64,000 nucleotides of DNA, from the IMG/VR virus record IMGVR_UViG_3300009095_000014, positions 20,581 to 84,580 of that record. One strand, 5' to 3'. Shown here one piece after another: positions 28,405 through 38,119 of the stretch. Each line of letters begins with the position of its first letter. Position 1 is the first letter of the stretch. This DNA is from a virus (Duplodnaviria > Caudoviricetes). Both the position numbers and the translations under genes were made by a program. A model generated the notes under the pieces. That model was given only the letters and a program-made list of their open reading frames with translations, had not been told where the DNA came from and made no database searches.

Positions 28405-31005
28405 ATGTCTACGTTCGACTATATCGTCAACCATGCGTTGAAGAACGTATGGTGCACTCCCGAACAAGACCGGCAAGTGATCCTCGCTCCGGCGAGGATC
28501 AGTCCCTTCACTGGGGTCGTCAACCAGATGCGGATTCTCTGGACCCAGTATCCCTTGCCAACCAGCAAAGAATGGTACCACGTTTTTCAGATTGGTGAGA
28601 TCACTCCCGAACTGCTCGGGTTGCTGAGCACTTATAACCAGTGGTTGTCGCTGGACAAGCATTGTCAGCAAAGCGATCTGCTGGTCAATGTGTACCTGAA
28701 AAACGGGGTGGAGTTCCCCCGTCACACGTCGTACATCCTGCGCACCATGGATGACAACGTCATCCTAGCGGTAAAGGACCATCCCTCCATCGGTGACGCC
28801 GGGAACAATCCAGTGTACCTGCGGGTGTATTCCAATGCCTACTTCCAGCGTTCAACGGACACGGGGGAGGGGATTGAAGTCCACGGGGCAACCTTGAGGA
28901 CCACCGCCGACCTGACCAACATGCAAAGTCGCTGGCAAGCTGCCAAGAACCGCAAAGGTCATTGCGTGGCGTACGTCAACGGGCGACGGGTACAGAACCT
29001 GTCCCCGCAGACCATGACAGTGGGCAATGTAGTGGAGTTCTTCCGTGACAGCAGCATCCGGGAGATCGTCGAGTTCAAAGTCAGTGAATTGCCCAGCTTC
29101 CTGAGCACCTTGGATCGTCAGCAGAAATACCTGTTGCATCCACGAGGCTACGACCGGGGCACCATCGACTACCTGGACGATCTGGACTTCTACCTGATCA
29201 AACGCCGGTCCGATCACTTGCTCGATGGAGTCTACTACCACAAGAACGCCGAGAACGCTGTGCGCATGGTGACTCACCGTGACTACAGCATCCCGGTAGA
29301 CTTCGTAGCGGCGTACGTGGATGATCATCCGGACTGGTACGACATCAATACGCTGTCGGTGCAGGTCTATGTGCGTGACAGCGGTTACGAACGGGAACTG
29401 GTGGACGAGCATCACCGGATCAAGGAACTTTATCGTCTAGAGGACGATGAAATCCTCGAAGCTATGGTGGGGCAAGATTCCACAGTGGACGTGTGGCAGG
29501 CCGCCAATCTGGAGGCCAGTGCATACCCGGCACTGATGCGCGCACCCATGGGTACCATCGATCATGATACGGTTCGGGATGCCTACGGGTACAACGCCAT
29601 CAGTAAGCTGTTGGCCGATACCCCGTTGAAGATTGATCCGGTGTCCAAAGGGGTAGACTTGCCTGTGGGGCTGTGGGAAGACAGTACCATCTACGAGTAC
29701 CGCGCCGATGGCACCCTGATCAATTGGCACTACCACGCCAAAGGCAGCTATTACCCGGCACGCAGTGACGAGTGCGCAATGATCGAAGGGGTGGTCGGTC
29801 GAGGTGGACAACGCCTGGATACGGTCTACGGACAACAAGAACAGGATGTCAACCCGGACGCCAGTTACCGGTTCTACATCAAGGACGTCTTCTTCGACGA
29901 GCCCGTAGGCGAGTGGCGGGATGTCACCGGTAGCGAAATGTACGAGATCAGCGATGGGCGGATCTACTGGAACTCGTCACCCAGTGCGACCTTTACCATG
30001 GTACGCAGCAACCTCAGCTTCCTTGCGTATGACCTGAACCTCAGCTACCAGGATCAGCTGCTGCGCTTTACCGTCAACGCCGTAGAACTGCGGCAGAACG
30101 GTGAGCTGCTCAATGACCGGGTCGATGTCCCGTTTGGTCAGTTCGACCTGTGGCTCAATGGTCATCCGCTGATCGAGAATCTGGACTACTTTGCCCAGTG
30201 GCCCGAGGTGGTGATCGTCAACAAGTTGCACTACAAACCGGAACTCGATGCACAACGAGTCAGCATCCGAGCGCTAGGGTTCTGCAACCAAGATCTGTCG
30301 CGCCCGGAACCGGCGGAGTTTGGCTTTGTGCAACATGGCCTGCTCAGCGTCAACGGTCGGTACGATGTACGGGATGACAAAGTGGTGCGTATTGTCGGCG
30401 ACGGTAAGTTGCTCGACCGCTCAGCGCTGAACTTCTCGGAGAATGACTCCGGCGTTAGGACCAGCGTTCTGCGCAACGGCGCACCGTATCAGATCACCCA
30501 TCCGGTAATCCCCCTGCGGACCTTCAGTTCGGAGGAGACGTATCGGTTGCGTGAGAAGTCCTTGGAAGTGGATCGTCAGGTGGCCAACTACCTGTCGACA
30601 AAACTTCCTGAGCCTGAGCTGCCCGTGCCAAACCCGATCTCGGGACTGTACCCGATTCACAGTCCGTTCGTGTGCAAGATCATGAATGACATGAAGAACG
30701 GGTTCTTGGATATGCGTAACTACCAAGGGCACTACACCGACGTACAGGTACGCAATGAACTGACCGAGTACGAATGGCTGCTGGACTTTGAGCCGACCCG
30801 CAAGGACATCGACTTCCGGTACGTCTCCGTGCACCCGCACAACCTGATGACCGAAGTGACGCTGAACGTCTACCAGTACCGGTTCCTGCTTCGGGTGATC
30901 CGCATTTACCTGAATGATAAGGTAGATATTACCCGGTTCATTCGGATCGAGTCCGGGTTTGAGCATGAAACCCCCGATCACAAACACCCCAACCTCAACG
31001 GCTAA
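28405..31005 (+). CDS. Conserved virion structural protein (phiKZ gp27-like by position)
   Basis: 866 aa; NVWCTPEQDRQ N-terminal motif; synteny. Confidence 0.7.
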   Translation: MSTFDYIVNHALKNVWCTPEQDRQVILAPARISPFTGVVNQMRILWTQYPLPTSKEWYHVFQIGEITPELLGLLSTYNQWLSLDKHCQQSDLLVNVYLKNGVEFPRHTSYILRTMDDNVILAVKDHPSIGDAGNNPVYLRVYSNAYFQRSTDTGEGIEVHGATLRTTADLTNMQSRWQAAKNRKGHCVAYVNGRRVQNLSPQTMTVGNVVEFFRDSSIREIVEFKVSELPSFLSTLDRQQKYLLHPRGYDRGTIDYLDDLDFYLIKRRSDHLLDGVYYHKNAENAVRMVTHRDYSIPVDFVAAYVDDHPDWYDINTLSVQVYVRDSGYERELVDEHHRIKELYRLEDDEILEAMVGQDSTVDVWQAANLEASAYPALMRAPMGTIDHDTVRDAYGYNAISKLLADTPLKIDPVSKGVDLPVGLWEDSTIYEYRADGTLINWHYHAKGSYYPARSDECAMIEGVVGRGGQRLDTVYGQQEQDVNPDASYRFYIKDVFFDEPVGEWRDVTGSEMYEISDGRIYWNSSPSATFTMVRSNLSFLAYDLNLSYQDQLLRFTVNAVELRQNGELLNDRVDVPFGQFDLWLNGHPLIENLDYFAQWPEVVIVNKLHYKPELDAQRVSIRALGFCNQDLSRPEPAEFGFVQHGLLSVNGRYDVRDDKVVRIVGDGKLLDRSALNFSENDSGVRTSVLRNGAPYQITHPVIPLRTFSSEETYRLREKSLEVDRQVANYLSTKLPEPELPVPNPISGLYPIHSPFVCKIMNDMKNGFLDMRNYQGHYTDVQVRNELTEYEWLLDFEPTRKDIDFRYVSVHPHNLMTEVTLNVYQYRFLLRVIRIYLNDKVDITRFIRIESGFEHETPDHKHPNLNG

Positions 31006-31018
31006 GTGAGTAAAAGAC

Positions 31019-32686
31019 ATGAGTGATGCTCCTGGCAGATATATTGTCGACCCGGACCGAGGGTACCGGGAATTTGCCATTTGGGAGATCTACACCGGTC
31101 CTGACGGGACCGGTGTCTACGTCCCGAATGTCAACGACGCGGTACGCGACTGGAAGGTCGGCTGGTATCGCGTCAAGTCGGTGGACTACACTACCGGTCT
31201 GTCGCAACTTGAACTGTGGGAAACCCCCAGTACCAACACCGACGTGGACCAGAGCGAGCTGCTGCTCGGCGTAGGACCGGGTTACCAGTCCGAAACGTGG
31301 CGAGTGTACGTGGATACCCGTAAGATCCCCTACACGCTGGAGATCGACCGTCGACTGCACCTGTACGGCACCGAGGTCACCCACCTCAAGCTGTTCAAGG
31401 GTGTGGACGTCAGCGAGACCGGTCAGGTGATCTCGGCCCACTACGACCAAGCGGGTAACCTGCTGGGTGAAAACATCCCCCTGCAATTGGTAGCCACCAC
31501 GGACCGTACCAACACCGCCATCAAGTGCCCGACCAGTTCCTTCACCAGCGTCCCGCTGGTCGATGGTGAAGTGGTCAGTTACGTGGCCTACGCGGCGAAC
31601 GGAACGCCGGTTTCCAAAGGCAAGCTGCTGGTGGAAAATACCTCGCTGGCTCGTCGCTCTGAATCCAACCTGCGTTACATCACCGGCATCCGCTTGGAAA
31701 GCCCGTTCCTCAGTGCCAGCGATCCGCAGGTCATCGAGTTCCCGATCAACCTCAACGTCGATTCGATCACCCTGCAAGGGGTGGTGGAATACAGCAACGG
31801 CGATATCGTCAAGCTGCCGATCACCGGAGACGTGAGTGATAAGTTCTCGCTCTTTGGTCTGCGTCATTACGTGCCGACTATTGAAGGTCAGCCGGTACCG
31901 CTGACCCTGAACTATCGCCTGTCGGACACCGAGTACTCTTACGTGCAAGGACCGACGGCCAACGGGTCTATCGCTGAAGCCTATCGGGGTATCACCGTCC
32001 GGGCGGATAACAGCTACAGCGTCAAGCTGTTTGCCTATCCGAACTGGAAGGGCGAGGTCAATGGCTACGAGCTGGACTTCTGGCTGTACAGCCTGGATCG
32101 CGATCAGTACTACCGCGTTCCCAAGGGATTGGTGGAACTGCACCAGAACTCCCCGGCCTTCGATGGTCTCAACTATATCTCCACGCAGAAGATCGCCTTT
32201 GCGATCAACCTCAAGGACGTCGACCCGAGCTACAACTCGTACCGTCACGTTCAGACGCTGGCGATCCACTTGAAGACCCGTGGCACGCTCGACCAGACCA
32301 ACTGGACGGTGGCCTTCGACCCGAACAGCACCGAAGTCTTCGGTGACAACCTGAAGGCAGCGGTGACGTTCATCAACACCAACAACTGGCGAGTGAACAT
32401 CGGCAACGGTTTCCCCACGGTGGAAACCTGGCTGCGCGCCCTGTACTACGGCGTCAAGCCGCTGTACGACACGCAGACCGAAGCCGAGGCCCCTCTGCCG
32501 AACATGTTCGCTATCACGACGGCGCGTCGTCGTACCGAGTTCATGCTGGATCAGTGGAACCAAGAGCTGCCGATCTACTACGACCTGAACGAAGGGGAGA
32601 CCCTGTTCGTCGAGTGGATTTACAGAACACCGGTTACCGACCTGTATCTGGGTGTCACCGGTCTATCGTGCCATCAGATCAACTAA
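31019..32686 (+). CDS. Conserved virion structural protein (phiKZ gp26-like by position)
   Basis: 555 aa, beta-rich; immediately upstream of terminase. Confidence 0.7.
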   Translation: MSDAPGRYIVDPDRGYREFAIWEIYTGPDGTGVYVPNVNDAVRDWKVGWYRVKSVDYTTGLSQLELWETPSTNTDVDQSELLLGVGPGYQSETWRVYVDTRKIPYTLEIDRRLHLYGTEVTHLKLFKGVDVSETGQVISAHYDQAGNLLGENIPLQLVATTDRTNTAIKCPTSSFTSVPLVDGEVVSYVAYAANGTPVSKGKLLVENTSLARRSESNLRYITGIRLESPFLSASDPQVIEFPINLNVDSITLQGVVEYSNGDIVKLPITGDVSDKFSLFGLRHYVPTIEGQPVPLTLNYRLSDTEYSYVQGPTANGSIAEAYRGITVRADNSYSVKLFAYPNWKGEVNGYELDFWLYSLDRDQYYRVPKGLVELHQNSPAFDGLNYISTQKIAFAINLKDVDPSYNSYRHVQTLAIHLKTRGTLDQTNWTVAFDPNSTEVFGDNLKAAVTFINTNNWRVNIGNGFPTVETWLRALYYGVKPLYDTQTEAEAPLPNMFAITTARRRTEFMLDQWNQELPIYYDLNEGETLFVEWIYRTPVTDLYLGVTGLSCHQIN

Positions 32687-32692
32687 CCAACG

Positions 32693-32726
32693 GCATACGG
32701 AGGAGGGGTACCCCTCCTCCGTATGC
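32693..32726. repeat. Perfect 34-bp palindrome
   Basis: GCATACGGAGGAGGGGT|ACCCCTCCTCCGTATGC, no T tract on either side. Confidence 0.9.
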
Positions 32727-32740
32727 TAAGTGAGCGTTGT

Positions 32741-34978
32741 ATGATTTTGTTTGAAAAGGATTGGGCACGGTTTCCGCGTGCCATTGCTGACTTCAAAACC
32801 AGCAACCAGAGTTTCATCGATCTGGTGATGTTGTATCGGCACATGGGCGTCAAGAACTGCCTGTTTCCTTTGGCGTTGATGCAACCGGAGCTACAAGGGG
32901 TGGACCCCCATGATCCAAACTTGGATGAGGTGACCCAAACCCGCATCAAGATTGAATGCAAATTCAACCCGTGGTACTACCTGCGTGAAGTGGTACGCGT
33001 ACCGCCGGTCTCGGGTGACACACCGGTGCAGCTGCGGGCTAACCGCGCCAACATCTCCCTGTGGTGGTGCTTCCTCAACCACATCGACTATTTCCTCGTC
33101 CAGATCCGTCAGACGGGTAAGTCGCTGAACACTGACGTACTGCACAACTGGTACCAAATTTTCGGAACGGAAAACACCCGTGCCAACCTCTTCACCAAAG
33201 ACGCTGACCTTATTAAAGAAAACATCGCGCGTCTGAAGAAGATCCGTAAGCTGCTGCCGCCCTATCTGGTTAACATCGTCCGTTCGGACACCGACAACCA
33301 GAAAGAGTTCACCAACTACGGTCAAGGCAACCGTTTGGTGGCTGTACAGGCTCAAGCCAACGAAGACGCGGCACTGAACATCGGTCGTGGATTGACCGCT
33401 GCCATGAACCATATCGACGAAGTGGCATTCCTGCGCTTTGTTCAGATCTCCGTGCCGGCGATGCTGGCAGGTTCGGGTGCAGCGCGTGAAGAAGCGGCTC
33501 GTAACGGCTTGCCCTACGGTAACATCTTCACGTCAACGGCCGGTAAGCTTGACAGTGAAGAAGGTTCCTTTGCCTACAAGCTGCTCAGTGATTCGATGGT
33601 CTGGGACGAATGCGTACTGGACTGCGAAGATCAGAAGGCCCTGTACAAGGTGGTCAGTGCACGTTGCAAGACAGACTCCTTGATGGTCAACGGGACCTTC
33701 AGCCACCGTCAGCTGGGCTTTACGGATGAATGGCTCCGCAAGCGCATCGCCGATTCTAAGCAGTCCGGTGACGATGCCCGTCGCGACTTCTTGAACGAAT
33801 GGACGGCCGGTAGTCTTTCTAACCCGCTGCCCACCTCGGTGCTGGAAACCATTCGCAAGCATGTAATCGACGCACCGTACAGTCAGGTGTTCAGTAGTCT
33901 TGGCTACATCATCCGCTGGTATGTGCCCAAGGAAGAAGTCGAGAACAAGTTGAGTGGTCGACAGCTGGTCATGGGGGTCGATACCTCCAACGCCACGGGT
34001 CGAGACAGTATCACTGGGGTGATCACTGACGTCAGTACACTGGAAACCGTCGGGGTTTGGTCGATCAATGAAACCAACCTGCAACTGTTCTCGGGTTGGC
34101 TGGCGCGTTTGATCGCTAATTTCAAGGGGCTGACAGTTGTACCGGAAAACAAGTCAACTTGGATTGCCATCTTGGACTACTTGCTGATTCACTTGCCCAC
34201 CGTGGGCATTGATCCGGGACGGCGGATCTACAGTCAGTTCATCGACCACATCAACGACGGTGACCGAGAAAAGCTGGAGTACAAAGAGTACCTGCGCAAT
34301 CCCATGTCACCTAACCACTACAACCGCTGGCGCCGGTACTTCGGGTTCCCCACCAACGGACCGCTACGTGAACTGCTCTATGGCAGCGTGATTCAAGAAG
34401 CGGGTAAGTTGGCAGGTGCGATGGTACGAGACAAGGACTTGGCCGCTGAGATCTCGGGACTGGTGGTGAAGAACGGTCGGATTGACCACCGCAATGGTTT
34501 CCATGACGACCATGTCATCTCGTGGCTGTTGACGCACTGGTTCCTGACCTACGCCAAGAACTTGGAACACTACGGGATCGACAAGACCTTGGTCAAACGC
34601 AAGCTGCGCGAAATGGCGGTGGAGACCACCGACTGGCGAGCGGCACGGGAAGCAGAACTGCAAAAACAACTCCGGAATGAGTTGGAAGAAGTCTTGGATA
34701 AGATCAAGGTCGCACGAGACGAATACCAGATCATGCGACTGGAACACCGACTGAACTCCATCTACGCCCGCTTGGATGTGGGTGGCTTGGGTATGGACGC
34801 CGGCAGCATCGACGCCCTGATTGAAGAAGCCCGTGATCGCCGTGCGATCGGTAACCGGCAGAAACAACAAGGCGCGCGACAAACCGCTGAACCGGAACGC
34901 TATGCGTCGATCAACGGAACCGGACGCTTTGGGGGACGGGGCGGATACCAACCGTCCTCTTCGGTGGTGATGTGCTGA
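32741..34978 (+). CDS. terL: Terminase large subunit
   Basis: Walker A RQTGKS, Walker B HIDEVAF, nuclease GVDTS and HDDHVIS; likely start MILFEKDW at 32741. Confidence 0.93.
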   Translation: MILFEKDWARFPRAIADFKTSNQSFIDLVMLYRHMGVKNCLFPLALMQPELQGVDPHDPNLDEVTQTRIKIECKFNPWYYLREVVRVPPVSGDTPVQLRANRANISLWWCFLNHIDYFLVQIRQTGKSLNTDVLHNWYQIFGTENTRANLFTKDADLIKENIARLKKIRKLLPPYLVNIVRSDTDNQKEFTNYGQGNRLVAVQAQANEDAALNIGRGLTAAMNHIDEVAFLRFVQISVPAMLAGSGAAREEAARNGLPYGNIFTSTAGKLDSEEGSFAYKLLSDSMVWDECVLDCEDQKALYKVVSARCKTDSLMVNGTFSHRQLGFTDEWLRKRIADSKQSGDDARRDFLNEWTAGSLSNPLPTSVLETIRKHVIDAPYSQVFSSLGYIIRWYVPKEEVENKLSGRQLVMGVDTSNATGRDSITGVITDVSTLETVGVWSINETNLQLFSGWLARLIANFKGLTVVPENKSTWIAILDYLLIHLPTVGIDPGRRIYSQFIDHINDGDREKLEYKEYLRNPMSPNHYNRWRRYFGFPTNGPLRELLYGSVIQEAGKLAGAMVRDKDLAAEISGLVVKNGRIDHRNGFHDDHVISWLLTHWFLTYAKNLEHYGIDKTLVKRKLREMAVETTDWRAAREAELQKQLRNELEEVLDKIKVARDEYQIMRLEHRLNSIYARLDVGGLGMDAGSIDALIEEARDRRAIGNRQKQQGARQTAEPERYASINGTGRFGGRGGYQPSSSVVMC

Positions 34979-35021
34979 CGGCATACAGGGGAGGGCACGA
35001 AGCCCTCCCCTGTATGCCGTC
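34977..35021. repeat. 20-bp-stem inverted repeat after terL
   Basis: GACGGCATACAGGGGAGGGC-ACGAA-GCCCTCCCCTGTATGCCGTC. Confidence 0.9.
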
Positions 35022-35040
35022 TAGGATTAGATCCCAATTC

Positions 35041-35067
35041 TTTTCGATCATACATTGTTCGAGTGAC
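35041..35067 (+). promoter_or_regulatory. Candidate early promoter
   Basis: TTTTCGATCA-TACATTGT-TCGAGTGAC followed by a short leader hairpin GGTAC/GTACC. Confidence 0.65.
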
Positions 35068-35115
35068 AGGGTACACTCAAGTACCTAATAACCCTTTTAG
35101 ACTAAGGAGTCTAAT

Positions 35116-35280
35116 ATGTTCCGTGAGATCAATGAAGTGCACGAAATCCGCGAAAGAATCGAACGCCGTAAGCGAAAAGAGTTGGAGAACACCAACCTCT
35201 TTCGACTTGCTCAACGTGCTGTTGAGCAGAAACAGCTCCAAGACCTCCAAAACCTTGACGCACCGATGCGCGTCAAGTAA
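35116..35280 (+). CDS. Small charged helical protein (54 aa, not in ORF track)
   Basis: TAAGGAG RBS; MFREINEVHEIRERIERRKRKELENTNLFRLAQRAVEQKQLQDLQNLDAPMRVK. Confidence 0.75.
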   Translation: MFREINEVHEIRERIERRKRKELENTNLFRLAQRAVEQKQLQDLQNLDAPMRVK

Positions 35281-35357
35281 GTAACACCCACCCCCGCCTA
35301 TAGGGGATTAACGAGGGTGACAATCCGGTCGCCCCGCACGTCCTAGGAGGACACAGC

Positions 35358-35720
35358 ATGAACAAGATCGCCAACCTGACCCAGCACAATGCTACTGAAG
35401 AGCAAGTGGCAGCGGGCGTATTCGACCTCGTCGGCGAGGATCGAAAGATGTTGGTGAAGCTTCTCACCTTCGCCACCCTCCCCACCAAGGAGGAAATCGA
35501 AGAGCGCGCCAAAGCCATCGCCATGTTGGTGATGGGATGCCGCGCCGCCATGATCGGCGGCGCCCCGTACCTCATGCCCGCTCTCGAGCGTGCACTGAAG
35601 GAAGAGGGGGTTATGCCCCTCTACGCGTTCTCGGAACGCGTGTCGGTCGAGGAACTGTTGGCAGATGGCAGTATACGGAAAATCAACGTGTTCAAACATG
35701 TGGGATGGGTCGAGGCGTAA
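35358..35720 (+). CDS. Csx20-like protein, candidate viral ring nuclease
   Basis: AGGAGG RBS; QHNATEEQ, AMIGG, GVMPLYAFSERVSVEE and DGSIRKINVFKH match my recalled Csx20 pattern (SHxLTxEQ, LIQGD, GLIPVYATTxRxxxEE, KxSxFKH); no HMM run. Confidence 0.6.
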   Translation: MNKIANLTQHNATEEQVAAGVFDLVGEDRKMLVKLLTFATLPTKEEIEERAKAIAMLVMGCRAAMIGGAPYLMPALERALKEEGVMPLYAFSERVSVEELLADGSIRKINVFKHVGWVEA

Positions 35721-35806
35721 GTCTCGACCTAGGGCAAAGGAATGTCCAGCTCCCTCGTAAGAGGGAGTATCCCATTGAAGATCTAGACTGGTCTTCAATG
35801 GGATAC
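35708..35806 (+). ncRNA. Structured intergenic RNA (four tandem hairpins)
   Basis: Two GUAA-capped stems, a 5-bp stem and a 17-bp stem (35767-35806); function unknown. Confidence 0.45.
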
Positions 35807-35833
35807 ACTTAACCTGAGCACTAGGGGTTCAAT

Positions 35834-36148
35834 ATGGAATTCGTCAAAGTAAACTCTCAAGATCTGCAAATCGTTTTTTCGGCAGTGGTCGAACTGATCA
35901 CCGCCATGGATGTTGCGTTTGATGTAGTAAAACAGGATTACAAGGTGGCATCCTTGCAATCTGAGCCGATAAAGAACTACTTCGAGGCAATTGCCTCGAT
36001 CAGTTCTGCAAGTAAATTATCGGCAGAACAAACTGCCGATACCATCATGCGCATCAAGGATGCGCAGATTAAGAAGATCACCAGCGAAGGGGTCTACTAC
36101 CCCCTTCTGCATCGGGAGATCAAGGCTTGGCTTGCCAAGCGCTCCTGA
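35834..36148 (+). CDS. Hypothetical protein (104 aa)
   Basis: AGGGG RBS; followed by a terminator. Confidence 0.75.
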   Translation: MEFVKVNSQDLQIVFSAVVELITAMDVAFDVVKQDYKVASLQSEPIKNYFEAIASISSASKLSAEQTADTIMRIKDAQIKKITSEGVYYPLLHREIKAWLAKRS

Positions 36149-36152
36149 CAGC

Positions 36153-36195
36153 ATAGAGAGGAGCCTTCGGGCTCCTCTCTATCTTTTTTATTTTC
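36153..36195 (+). terminator. Intrinsic terminator
   Basis: ATAGAGAGGAGCC-TTCG-GGCTCCTCTCTAT followed by a T tract. Confidence 0.85.
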
Positions 36196-36281
36196 CTACC
36201 GACCGTTTCAACCAGATAAACAATGCACTGCGCAGATTCCATACGTGCGCGGCGATAACGCTTCGGATTTAACGGACATGG

Positions 36282-37538
36282 TTACCTCGAATAGAAATTC
36301 ATGGAGAAGGTACGCAGGACGATGTACAGGCAAAGGCCCGTACGCACGGCAGCGATCACGGCATCGTTCTTGGATTTCACGCACCGACGAACGATCTTCT
36401 CGGACAGGGTACGCATTCCAAGCACCAGCGGATCAGACGACCTAGAGGCCATATACAGCGAACGCAACTTGGCGATCACGGCACCAACGTCAAGGTTACT
36501 GCCCATCAACGACCGGTTGGCGGCGATGGTGTCAAACGCATGGGTCAGTACATCGTCGACCAAGGTTTCAATCTCCTTGTCGCCGCGCGGACCGTAGTTG
36601 ACCGAAGTGTAGTCCAACGCGTCACGAAGCAGCTTCTCCGGCATGACTGGCATGGCGTTGGAAACGATCTTCACCAACTCTTCGCGGATGTAGGAGGGCT
36701 TATCGCTGATGACGGTGTGGATGTAACGACGGTACGTCTGAAACTGTCGCTGCTTATCACGGGCACTGGTCACCCCGTCGAACGTCACCATGGAACTGGT
36801 GGAACGGATCGATGCCTTGGGGTTCAGGCGGATGGTCTCGAACACATCACGGATGTTGTTGATGATGCTCTTGATCCTACCCTGGATGTCGTTGCACATG
36901 TAGACGATCTTGAAGTCATCGTCAAAATGCGTGATCGTCTTGTAATGGATGCTGTTCTTGGCCAGGATGTCCTTGGTACGGGCATCCAGAAGGGCACCCC
37001 ATGAACCGTAGACCTTCAGGCCGTACTTCTTGGTCAGCGCGGCGTAGGTGGCCACGGCGACCGCTTCGTCAGCCGGATGACGGAAATAGAAGGCCAGAAT
37101 GCTGGTGATGAACTTGTACTGCATCATCAGGATGGTGTCATGCATCCCAGCTTCTTTTTCACTGGCACTCAAGTGAGGGCTGCTGTAGATGGCATGGGTC
37201 AGCCACAGGAACGACATGTTCATGATGTCACCGGAAACCTTACGCACTTCCTTTCCGGCCGCTCGGTCTTCCGGCGGATACACGGCATCGACGGTGTGCA
37301 GGTCTTCTTCCAGAGCAGCCTCGTCAGCAATGAGGATATCGTCGAACCACCGGTTGCGATCCTCGGGACGGAACCGAACCGGGTGAACCCCCATGAGGTT
37401 ACCGCCGAAGAAGGCGATGTGGTCTTCGTTCTTATTGGCGAAGTTCTGGGTGTACTGGCTCAACCGCCGGATAAACGCACGGTCGATCTTCAGGTCGGCA
37501 CAGCCTTTGGCAAAGACCTGTTTAACGGAGGGAGACAT
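36282..37538 (-). CDS. Conserved jumbo-phage protein
   Basis: 418 aa; GAGG RBS; HIAFFGGNLMGV motif recalled from phiKZ-like phages. Confidence 0.75.
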   Translation of the reverse strand: MSPSVKQVFAKGCADLKIDRAFIRRLSQYTQNFANKNEDHIAFFGGNLMGVHPVRFRPEDRNRWFDDILIADEAALEEDLHTVDAVYPPEDRAAGKEVRKVSGDIMNMSFLWLTHAIYSSPHLSASEKEAGMHDTILMMQYKFITSILAFYFRHPADEAVAVATYAALTKKYGLKVYGSWGALLDARTKDILAKNSIHYKTITHFDDDFKIVYMCNDIQGRIKSIINNIRDVFETIRLNPKASIRSTSSMVTFDGVTSARDKQRQFQTYRRYIHTVISDKPSYIREELVKIVSNAMPVMPEKLLRDALDYTSVNYGPRGDKEIETLVDDVLTHAFDTIAANRSLMGSNLDVGAVIAKLRSLYMASRSSDPLVLGMRTLSEKIVRRCVKSKNDAVIAAVRTGLCLYIVLRTFSMNFYSR

Positions 37539-37612
37539 AAAACGTCCTCGGTGGAATGTGGTTCATATCACACCATTTGATATAGACCTTTCAATAACAA
37601 CGGAGTACTCGC

Positions 37613-38077
37613 GTGAGTTATCAATCGAAATTCGGATCGCTCTTTGGTGGCGCTGCCAGTCATCTGGAAAGCAAGGGCGAAGGTCCCGTGATTGGCGTCT
37701 ACATCCCTGAAGGCGCTACGGTGAGCCACATCCCCAGTGTGGAAGGTTACACGGTGGTTGGTCGCGATTGGTGTGGAACGGCTTCTATGGAAGCCCGTGA
37801 GGCCATCCTGCACCATGTACGCAAGATGATCGAAAAGGAAGAAGAGGAAGAACGCGAAGAAGAAGATTTCTACGACGACTATTCGCTCTTTGCTATCGTT
37901 CCGGAAATCGATCCGTACATGATCGACTCGCTGGGTGAGCTGCCCCGTCAAACCGGTGCATGGTTGACCGACAGTGTGGAGAACTACTCCGGCGAAGTAC
38001 TGGAGAGGGTGCGTCAATCCTTCGACGTGGATCGGATCTTCCTCAGTTACGAGGAATTCCAAGAAAGCCTGCGTTAA
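37613..38077 (+). CDS. Acidic hypothetical protein
   Basis: 154 aa; GTG start with GGAG RBS; poly-Glu tract. Confidence 0.7.
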   Translation: MSYQSKFGSLFGGAASHLESKGEGPVIGVYIPEGATVSHIPSVEGYTVVGRDWCGTASMEAREAILHHVRKMIEKEEEEEREEEDFYDDYSLFAIVPEIDPYMIDSLGELPRQTGAWLTDSVENYSGEVLERVRQSFDVDRIFLSYEEFQESLR

Positions 38078-38083
38078 ACGCAT

Positions 38084-38113
38084 ATAGAGGGAGGGCACGT
38101 GCCCTCCCTCTAT
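38084..38113. repeat. Perfect 30-bp palindrome between convergent genes
   Basis: ATAGAGGGAGGGCAC|GTGCCCTCCCTCTAT then GCCG. Confidence 0.85.
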
Positions 38114-38119
38114 GCCGCA

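Noticed and set aside
30995-32563. 522-aa minus-strand ORF and similar long antisense frames (3444-4598, 6345-7646, 43185-44348)
   Set aside because: Mirror codon-biased real genes; composition typical of shadow ORFs
32741-34978. Intron or intein in terminase, DNA polymerase or the other RNAP subunits
   Set aside because: Frames are continuous, lengths fit the family, and I saw no splicing motifs
35343-35798. 151-aa minus-strand ORF
   Set aside because: Antisense to the Csx20-like gene, which has the RBS and recognisable motifs
36208-36279. 23-aa minus-strand ORF after the 418-aa gene
   Set aside because: Too short and featureless to support without expression data
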